From: Candidatus Micrarchaeia archaeon | GTDB lineage: Archaea > Micrarchaeota > Micrarchaeia > CAILAH01 | Assembly: GCA_038740245.1 (NCBI GenBank) | Contig: JAVYLZ010000003.1 | Span: 1-48,422 of the forward strand | Length of the DNA: 48,422 nucleotides | Reading direction: 5' to 3' | Shown here: positions 43,101-48,422 of the stretch, in pieces | How positions within the stretch are numbered: position 1 is the stretch's first letter | How the letters are laid out: each line of letters begins with the position of its first letter | The notes under the pieces: model-generated | Database searches by the model: none | What the model saw: only the letters and a program-made list of their open reading frames with translations | What the model was told of the DNA's origin: nothing | Made by a program: the position numbers and the translations under genes

Positions 43101-46100
43101 GCATCACTGTCAACTGCGTTAATGCACACATATCCTCCCGTGCCTACCCTCCCAGAAACCGGCAATGCTGCTGTGGCATATACATCCACTCTGAATACAT
43201 CACTTGTATTAACATAAAGCGTGAACTTGCCACCGGTATCAGTATCAACAAAATTGTATGTGCCATCCTCCCTCGTGAAGTTGTAGGTGCAGAACCTTCC
43301 AAGCGGGGGCACCTTAAACTCGCCAGAAACGCCGGCCGTGGAATCATAGGTTAGCGTGCGGTTTATGTTCACTGGGTTCTCAATGCACACCAAATCATCA
43401 ATCTTTGAAAGTGCTGTTGGTGGCGTGTATGCATAATCCCCTATGCGGATTGTTGAGATAAGCGAGGCAGGGTATACCACAGCATACCCGTAATTGCCCG
43501 GTATCTGGTAATCAGAGATGCGGTAAATGCCTGCACCGGGCAGGTCAAAACAGCACTCCAGCCCGTAATATGATGATTTCGCCTCAATAGGTACGTATGC
43601 ACCTGTGTAATTGAGCTTCTTCTCAAGCAGTATTGTCTTCTGCGCATTCGGGACTTCGTTGCGCACGCACAGCTTTGAGCCCTCGGCAACCTGTATCGCG
43701 CCGGGCAGGAACCACGGGCTTGCTGCAGAGCCAACCATGCGCAACACAGTGCCGTCCGCATATGCAACATATGTGAATGGATGGTCATCAACATAATCTA
43801 TGTATTCAGCAGGGGTATTGACAAGCGCTATGCGGTCGCCGCCCTTCTCCTCTATTTTCAGTACCGGATACAACTGCGCACCTTCTATTTTAATTGGGCC
43901 GCTGGGCCACACCGGCCCAGGTACGTAAAGCGTGCCCTGCGGTGTAATGCCGATTTGCACGCCGCCTAAAGAAGACTGGCCTCCTGGTGTAAGTGAGATC
44001 CCACCGATTGTTATCCCGCCTAAAAGAATTGGGGGCAACAGCGGGATGCTCTGCTCTGGGATCTGCGGGGTTACTTCAGGGGGGATATAGCCCTCCATAT
44101 ACCCTGATGCGAACACCGGATCCATCTCAATATAGCCATCGTAAAGGAATAGCGGCTTGCCATTGTATAATTTCACGATATTCCTCCCGCCAACGTTGGC
44201 TGTTGCTTTTTCAAGCACTATTTGTGCGCGTGCGTATTCGTTTTCATCCAGCCACAAAACTGAATATGTCTTGTTAATTTTCGTGTTGGGCCCGACAGGC
44301 AGGCAAACACTTTCACCTGGAGGCACCGTCACAAGCTCGCGCTTAACCGATGGCATAAGCGGCATCTCTATATCTGAAGAGGCTATCTTTATGGTGTGGT
44401 TTGAAACGCCCATATTGTTGAAGCACAGGCGTGAGCCCTCACGCACAGTTATGGCGTTTGGGTCAAACGGCAGGCCGCCGGCAGTTATCTTTACAGCTGC
44501 AGGGTCTGATGGCTGGCACAGGCTGCGTGCTATCAAGTAGTCATCAAAAGTCGGCCCCTGCCCAATCATAAACATTGGTATTTTAGTATCCCTGCTTTCA
44601 AGCAGTGCTTTGAACACACCGCCCGTGAAATTGTGCACCTCATACAGATAGCCGCCCTGTGAAGACGTGTCTGCTATGCGCTCACACTGTGTATAGTAAT
44701 ACTTGGTCGGGTTGCCGGGCCGTGTGCACTCATACGTTGCATATATCGGCTTGGCGCACGCGCACTGGCACACAAAATACCTGATATTTGCATCGTTCAA
44801 ACTTCCTTTATCGCAAACCTTAACCGTTTTTGAGCTCACGCATTTGCACTTATCTTCGTTCTCCTCACAATATTTGCACTTGGCTGGCTCTGAACTGCAT
44901 GAGAACAATTGGCTTGGGTTTGTCACATTGCGGTATACCAAACATTCCTCCTTGGTCATAAGCTTCCCGCTAATTGCACGGTCAATCTCAACACAGGGGG
45001 TGAGTCCCGTGCAGCAGGGTGCTTTGGTTTCAGTTGAAGTTGAGGTGTCATCACTTTCGCAGGCATTATCAGGGTTCAACTCCGCTTGCGTGTAGCCACG
45101 CTCACTAACTTCACTCGCTTCACTGCCCATCGTTGTCTTCTTCTTTGCAGCTTCCTTTTGTGTGCACTCGTTGCAGGCATCAACGCTTGACTTGACGCCT
45201 TCCTCCGCAAGGCTCTCAAGCGACTGCTGCTCCTGCTGGCACACATCTTCACACCCCTTAATAATGCCGCTTTCTTTTTGTGCATTCTTCTCATAGCTAC
45301 TCGCTGGCTCTGTAAGCTTCTTGTAATCCAAAGAGAGGTCCCGTATCACAACTGAGGGATTAGTGTCGGCATTAACAACTGGATTGTACTTGAAATTCAT
45401 TGCATTGTAGGGGTATTCAATGGGCATTGCGGCCTTGCACTGTTCTGGGAGGCCTGCAATAAGTATCCCCCCGTCCGCACACGTCCTGCACCCGTTTTCA
45501 ACATCGCAGTTATCAAGCGAGTATGTGCCGCTGCGTTGCATGCTTGAGATTGCATTGCATATGAACTGACCAGAGCTCGTCTCAGTATTGCCTGAATCCA
45601 GCTTGACCTTGCCCATTGAGCCGATGCCATCGTAATACTGGCCGGTTATTGCGTTCTCGGCTGGATAGAATGTGAGGTACGCATACAAATTACCTTCAAA
45701 TGGGCAAGCCGCATCGCCAGTGTAGTATAGCGCGGAATCCCCGCTGCAGTCATATTCAAGGCATAGGGTATCAGGGTATTCAAGCTCTCTGCACTCATCA
45801 CCATAGAGGGAATAGTACTTGTTGCCCTGCGGGTCATCATTTGCGCCTTTGAATGCAGGCGAGCATTCCCAGCGCACGTTGCTCTGATACTGCTGCTGTG
45901 CAATCGCCATACACGTGGCTGCCTTGCACTCCACGTCCGGCGCCTCCACACACTTATGAGTAAGCTGGTCGCACATCATGTTGGGGCTGCAGCCCTCAAT
46001 GTTTTGGCATTGCGCATCCGTAAGGCAGCCGATATCACACTTGGCTTTTTCTTTCTCAACGGTAATGCTTTTCGGGAGCTCGCTTCGCCCATAGTATTTC

Positions 46101-46159
46101 AGGCAGCCAGCGAGCACAAGCAGGCCCACAATGAAACATACGAACAATGCCCTGCGCAT
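37130..46159 (-). CDS. Giant (3009 aa) putative surface lipoprotein or adhesin
   Basis: The frame is uninterrupted for 9 kb. The N-terminus MRRALFVCFIVGLLVLAGC is a signal peptide with a lipobox. A Cys-rich head is followed by many beta-rich modules with paired Cys. A Gly-rich tract lies near the C-terminus. Confidence 0.8.
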   Translation of the reverse strand: MRRALFVCFIVGLLVLAGCLKYYGRSELPKSITVEKEKAKCDIGCLTDAQCQNIEGCSPNMMCDQLTHKCVEAPDVECKAATCMAIAQQQYQSNVRWECSPAFKGANDDPQGNKYYSLYGDECRELEYPDTLCLEYDCSGDSALYYTGDAACPFEGNLYAYLTFYPAENAITGQYYDGIGSMGKVKLDSGNTETSSGQFICNAISSMQRSGTYSLDNCDVENGCRTCADGGILIAGLPEQCKAAMPIEYPYNAMNFKYNPVVNADTNPSVVIRDLSLDYKKLTEPASSYEKNAQKESGIIKGCEDVCQQEQQSLESLAEEGVKSSVDACNECTQKEAAKKKTTMGSEASEVSERGYTQAELNPDNACESDDTSTSTETKAPCCTGLTPCVEIDRAISGKLMTKEECLVYRNVTNPSQLFSCSSEPAKCKYCEENEDKCKCVSSKTVKVCDKGSLNDANIRYFVCQCACAKPIYATYECTRPGNPTKYYYTQCERIADTSSQGGYLYEVHNFTGGVFKALLESRDTKIPMFMIGQGPTFDDYLIARSLCQPSDPAAVKITAGGLPFDPNAITVREGSRLCFNNMGVSNHTIKIASSDIEMPLMPSVKRELVTVPPGESVCLPVGPNTKINKTYSVLWLDENEYARAQIVLEKATANVGGRNIVKLYNGKPLFLYDGYIEMDPVFASGYMEGYIPPEVTPQIPEQSIPLLPPILLGGITIGGISLTPGGQSSLGGVQIGITPQGTLYVPGPVWPSGPIKIEGAQLYPVLKIEEKGGDRIALVNTPAEYIDYVDDHPFTYVAYADGTVLRMVGSAASPWFLPGAIQVAEGSKLCVRNEVPNAQKTILLEKKLNYTGAYVPIEAKSSYYGLECCFDLPGAGIYRISDYQIPGNYGYAVVYPASLISTIRIGDYAYTPPTALSKIDDLVCIENPVNINRTLTYDSTAGVSGEFKVPPLGRFCTYNFTREDGTYNFVDTDTGGKFTLYVNTSDVFRVDVYATAALPVSGRVGTGGYVCINAVDSDATIIGPIKVTKSSVLASTSAELLKTGARVLSVKAYDMSCFTMDQEGLYLMRHNESGVNVLVAVGPPNAGYIVNGKMIPSYLEIDIPPPKEITGASSHGSITVTNVDDYDYTVYNELNIYDSGFATNYMQPLSPCIIVKNNINETVTLYISGFVSQSYILPYENKTLCLKEDGNRLTLGRNNPNKNTFDQNSTYVDFSSMFSRTQVVFESGKTKSLQGNVTSAVAGYYGNVPVGYDVSGRPLIGGGSGIKLTEKTQFMQLGLLIIKPSDKSALEYRQGVGESPLDFGVQVISGVPDEDTLMKAREMLAYHQSLPVFLYSRIGDAEVVLKNPTEEENYSAVVGSLVNVTLDDVNAVVSSSPEIPCSESRMVKVGDFLFPKCVRWEFDMPDKEVVFTLTKGSATKKIILKPVKPVQELNFSYDEYSVSPPESRNNYALSVQNLAFEPRAIMLRPDDPSKYCTMIRQDAENEFNIAGANDYYTAYNMELYSVPVAILDALENHDKYVGTAKKLADIELLPNMGYTNINAYLNRPFVGQNEVTALVPFISGTPLESTYAKVYGSSLQLAPGFISNLNYTKSAYTVRLFSNQQVKSKDGAPYLLFGVNNVGDYSVLLRRLPPSPNPTWSINDELFNLEYYDVWRGSIVINKSRSVYPQIWWNYATKEDYQTAAVKKSMYVPFNMSGTIKKTKDFSYAWPIIVARTSGGQLVMPLDYSNEIDYIHSSSENGAPSYPILPQIVGDISVYKSGQYLTFQYPDNPDWRRIRVSNGELITEGGLTFTPGQLNYSEDSEKNNGPKIERWINDKGVWEPLPGSGGLMSDYNNDNYFCGYDTAGNRLCDNTGSGNDYCELEIDFNECGEDCDIIDGSSVFYSQFGTLCGTLEEFCKDSCSGEAECFNGCMNHKDCSNSYDVWWCRSNPAPFGHKSDDYGVWVKVPRTDLSEYDLAKIVATPYANEPHYNKDKIYDFVDQPAGKPAYYEYVLPGFDPVSGTITSTCSMCKLGSSNNNGKCECTETYVHPNNYAVPRYGSIPVTAFTGGRLYLINDIESATDKFAESEYLGAKILEQGKGYVLTQTFTVKSKKGIKVMCYGKDTYNGIQDIIPPLGQKQYAPEVMGTFAVYEPAYYAGLVGSYNEVPIDPAGTIEMKVATSVFSHISPFVKKLEDTKLGSVSYSIPTFPDGGRRYRNYSADISKDIVKIYLYNMTVNVVGDEIVVPDGSSFTLRNIGPDTAVWYLGKVDPCGQSNDLQKLVSDRMNAACFGEKNADGTTNYANCINNYNDYSISPRDIDTYLNSPARMSSYGYSRASISSGDTHLLKLSLNPNERAAKYMLYNPHSGRRIYVLVERLVTQVSLNMNTFDPSSISITQGATTGVCITNMDYSRDSREVVTGGTSPETITLSKGERKCIPVENAKAGFKDGLTSQWLVPTEESVGGTESVNMLANITKAISEPKPGYDNPAYENLQLNPRAPATPAIITAELVSVDGLVELGAGESYPGNEFESSAPTEIEVKVPPIWSGGTGADSTTKPNSHIKYPSGSGVSKTLVFEGLASQIATIEITCRQATGYSDNSLCEVPKDGTDGAKSENIEQNISYKDYNQEGCCCYWEGATKMCDSTIPKDQCKKDGGAIQCSNANAKCEYSYYCPGNNTVRMQRCISTLPFYIHVNGTKLTNREINAMKETINETFRRTRIQLAVESEENESIDLIGFVIVIDDPGPGYRGQCKLTNYLDGIRNVSEYAMKYYDIPSIILGFGLNRNMDERQSCWTHDEIMEQVQQLYEEDFIMLAGSGVIGIGQYCLIDGACTPVSTYSAGSDYGLYYTTSSFYKLPFGQGGVDGSQKVGAWSFQSSSDKGASLLFKYGNLVDISGTSGGGGFQFAGMSGLSSLFGGNNLGSSIVLGAGNIPGLGGLGGSGSLPGLGGIGGGIGAGSVDPGAVLPPNTYSKDPYTRAWFDQCGRYYYGGVPQSLLTFSDRKVPEGQEGTQCDGSKMMALYKKYKCK
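37343..37516 (-). repeat. Gly-rich low-complexity tract within the giant protein
   Basis: The tract reads GGGGFQFAGMSGLSSLFGGNNLGSSIVLGAGNIPGLGGLGGSGSLPGLGGIGGGIGAG and lies about 70 aa before the C-terminus. Confidence 0.8.
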
Positions 46160-47005
46160 TTACACATTCCCCACACTAACTAATTCCATGCTAATGCTTT
46201 TATTCGTGCCGTCATCGGCAGTTCCACTGGCATCCATGCGGAAAAGAATGGGTATATCGCTGCCAACCCATGCCTCCATCGTGCCGCTCCTGTATACCTT
46301 CACCGCATACTTCTTGCCGCCAAGAGCCACAGCATCATCACGGACAAACGCGCTTTCGCTTGCGAGCTCGCTGCACACAAACCATATGGGATAGGAATTG
46401 CATTGTGCGCGCTTAGTGTCGCCATAGGGAAAAGAATACTCAACCTGCACGCATTTTCCGTCAAGGCCATACGTATACCTCGCATTTGTGGATATCTTCT
46501 CACCGTTATATATAGCCCGCGTGCTCACTGAATGCACTGCCGTTGTGCCGTAATACCCCTGAAACGTGCTCTGCGTGTAAATGGGTGTGCCGTCATAGAT
46601 TATCCTGTAGGTAGTGTCAAGGGACAGCAAGCGCACCGGATCGCCGAGAGGGGTGCACGAATAGTTGTATGAAGGGGGGCCCTGCTCTGTTTGGTTGCCC
46701 TGCAAAAAGCCTCCTCCCAGGCCGACAATCTGGGGAAGCGTGCCGTTTGGCTGGTATGCCGGGAGATTGCTTAACTTATCAGTGGCGGCAGTTGCAGCTG
46801 TCTCAATAAAATCAATTTTTGGGGATGGCTGCGGGAGAATGTAGTTAAGGGCGATAACCACAATGAATAGGATTGCAATCGCCAGGGCGAGATTTTTGGC
46901 CTGCGGTGCAGAACTTTGCGGGGCACTGGTGTGGCCGGCAATTGCACGCGCGACCCAATATGCATCACGTGCCTTTCCAATGTGTCCCTTGCCAATATCC
47001 TTCAT
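46160..47005 (-). CDS. Bitopic membrane protein with an N-terminal TM anchor and a beta-rich extracellular domain
   Basis: The TM segment is LALAIAILFIVVIALNYIL. The stop abuts the start of the giant gene with 0-nt spacing. The start is ATG 47005; TTG 47017 is an alternative. Confidence 0.55.
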   Translation of the reverse strand: MKDIGKGHIGKARDAYWVARAIAGHTSAPQSSAPQAKNLALAIAILFIVVIALNYILPQPSPKIDFIETAATAATDKLSNLPAYQPNGTLPQIVGLGGGFLQGNQTEQGPPSYNYSCTPLGDPVRLLSLDTTYRIIYDGTPIYTQSTFQGYYGTTAVHSVSTRAIYNGEKISTNARYTYGLDGKCVQVEYSFPYGDTKRAQCNSYPIWFVCSELASESAFVRDDAVALGGKKYAVKVYRSGTMEAWVGSDIPILFRMDASGTADDGTNKSISMELVSVGNV

Positions 47006-47020
47006 CAAAGCCACCAACCG

Positions 47021-48133
47021 CTATATTACGCGCACCATCCCGCGGCCTATGTCCGCAATGTTGCCCCCAAGTATCTGCGTTAGCGAGCGCGCAAACAGGA
47101 ACGTGCCAACCATCGCAACAAACGGGTAGAAATATGCATACAGCCGTATACGGCCGGCAGTATCCTGTGAGAACCCGCCAACATCGCTGGAGATGAGCTT
47201 GCCGTAGCCGCTTGAGCCTGCTGGCTTATTGCCCTGCGACTCCTCAATCAAGGATTCAATTGCCGTGGGGTCCGCAGGGCACATCTTCTTGCCCTCTTTA
47301 ACTGTTTCCTCCTCTTCCTCAACAATTTCAACGGCAACCGAGCACTTGTCCGGAAGCGGGGGAGCATTCACGAACAGCACTGTAAGCAGGAACGGGTATA
47401 CAAAATAAAGCGAGATCGCAATGCCCATAATCGCTGCACCGCCCCCGCGCGTGTACGGGAATGCGCGGAGCAGAATTCCAAGTGGTAGATATACGGTAAC
47501 CATTGACGCCTCAATCCACTGCAGGAAATTAATCTGGAAATAGGCGGCAAGCGAAAGCCACAGTATTTCTTCTGCATCCATTATGGCAACCATAAGCTTT
47601 CCCCAAGCGTCGGTTGCAAGATCAAGTATTACGGGGATTGGCAACGGTACTAATGCACCCATCACATTGAGACTTACGCCCATACGCGGTATCATCTCAT
47701 AAGCCTGCAGCTTAAGCAGCCGGTTATATTCGGACTTGAGGCATTTCAGCGAGCTCAGCAGGTAAACGTATGAGACATCAAATATGTTTACTTGGTAACC
47801 GGTCTTGCCAAGTATCTGCTCTGCTGCTGCACCGCCTATCATATCCCTGAAATCCTTGTTGCCTGCGATTATGAAAGATTCTGTTGTTGCAAAGGCCATA
47901 AGAAATGTTATGAGAAGCACCGTGGCCGCCAGCTGGAAGAACTCGCGTCTTACAGCCATCTCAAGAGTGCGCGAGCTGAATATCTTTGATGCCATATAGA
48001 GTATTATGAGCATGAAGGCGATTATCATTACCACTGACATTGCTATACCATACCACTCAAGTGGCATGTTCTGGGCCAATACCTGTGCAGAAGTTTCCCA
48101 TGGCGAAAGTGCAACATCTATGCTCGTCATCAT
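47021..48133 (-). CDS. Polytopic integral membrane protein of 370 aa with about 7 or more TM segments
   Basis: It has multiple long hydrophobic segments and an acidic loop (EIVEEEEETVKEGKK). Its start overlaps the upstream stop (ATGA). No family was recognised from sequence alone. Confidence 0.6.
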   Translation of the reverse strand: MMTSIDVALSPWETSAQVLAQNMPLEWYGIAMSVVMIIAFMLIILYMASKIFSSRTLEMAVRREFFQLAATVLLITFLMAFATTESFIIAGNKDFRDMIGGAAAEQILGKTGYQVNIFDVSYVYLLSSLKCLKSEYNRLLKLQAYEMIPRMGVSLNVMGALVPLPIPVILDLATDAWGKLMVAIMDAEEILWLSLAAYFQINFLQWIEASMVTVYLPLGILLRAFPYTRGGGAAIMGIAISLYFVYPFLLTVLFVNAPPLPDKCSVAVEIVEEEEETVKEGKKMCPADPTAIESLIEESQGNKPAGSSGYGKLISSDVGGFSQDTAGRIRLYAYFYPFVAMVGTFLFARSLTQILGGNIADIGRGMVRVI

Positions 48134-48422
48134 ATCGCCCTCATTATGCCGGAGATGTCAATCTCAGAGCCAAGCGTGCCGGCCAGACTGCGCACCAGCG
48201 CCGCGGTTATAAGCACCTGCAGTGCGGGTATGAAGAACACAAGCAGCATCACCGAGCCGTAGGCATTGTAAACATCAATGAAATACTCATTAATGCTTGC
48301 AGTATCCATGCCTGAGGACAGCCCTAGTGCTGTGAGCCCTAATAAACCACTAACACCTGATACTATAAGACCTGTAACACTTGCCATTCCGGCTAGGGCG
48401 CCTGCAAACATCACTGCAAGCA
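48130..48422 (-). CDS. Small two-TM hairpin membrane protein; possibly truncated by the window edge
   Basis: The first hydrophobic helix is GALAGMASVTGLIVSGVSGLLGLTALGL, followed by a polar loop and the second helix SVMLLVFFIPALQVLITAALV. The frame stays open upstream to the window end. Confidence 0.5.
   Translation of the reverse strand, partial: LAVMFAGALAGMASVTGLIVSGVSGLLGLTALGLSSGMDTASINEYFIDVYNAYGSVMLLVFFIPALQVLITAALVRSLAGTLGSEIDISGIMRAI

Noticed and set aside
1-48422. Searches for CRISPR arrays, rRNA genes, transposases, IS elements and integrases.
   Set aside because: I saw no regularly spaced direct repeats, no rRNA-like segments, and no ORFs with DDE, serine recombinase or tyrosine recombinase signatures. 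Only the small repeat footprints listed above were found.

Overview
This is a 48.4-kb chromosomal segment from an archaeon. The gene content and the tRNA architecture look DPANN-like (for example Micrarchaeota-like), but that placement is inference. About two thirds of the window is conserved information-processing core.

Core genes:
- Plus-strand block (4.4-8.8 kb): Rpp21, S19e, PDCD5-like protein, L39e, L31e, aIF6, LX, prefoldin alpha, FtsY.
- Minus-strand spc-like block (8.8-18.7 kb): S17, L14, L24, S4e, L5, S14, S8, L6, L32e, L19e, L18, S5, L30, L15, SecY, Adk, DUF106/YidC-like protein, L34e, Cmk, L14e.
- Other recognisable genes: CorA, a HAD hydrolase, an archaeal histone, a Hef-like helicase, an RNase HIII-like protein, AdoMet decarboxylase, a HerA-like ATPase, a GT2 glycosyltransferase, TFE, SRP54, a Kef-type antiporter, SlyD and a family-4 UDG.

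Observations worth a second look:
1. A tightly packed six-gene minus-strand operon of more than 15.8 kb (32553 to the window end). In transcription order it encodes a small 2-TM hairpin protein, a polytopic membrane protein, a bitopic protein, a 3009-aa lipobox giant surface protein, and two paralogous hyper-cysteine secreted proteins. The cysteine-rich proteins are built from tandem knottin-like modules, and one carries a dockerin-like Ca-binding pair. I could not assign this operon to any system I recognise.
2. Two tRNA genes, Ile-UAU and Arg-UCG. Each has a canonical 37/38 intron and a second, mutually homologous intron in the T-loop (59/60). The Ile T-loop intron is 153 nt and is internally duplicated. 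The Arg gene's 3' end is duplicated 92 bp downstream.
3. A hairpin-dense noncoding island of about 480 nt (32041-32545). Its hairpin modules recur inside the tRNA introns.
4. A roughly 480-bp AT-rich noncoding island with a perfect 11-bp inverted repeat (23536-24000).
5. A cluster of four pilin-like genes with class III signal peptides at the left edge.

No rRNA genes, CRISPR arrays or recognisable transposases were seen.
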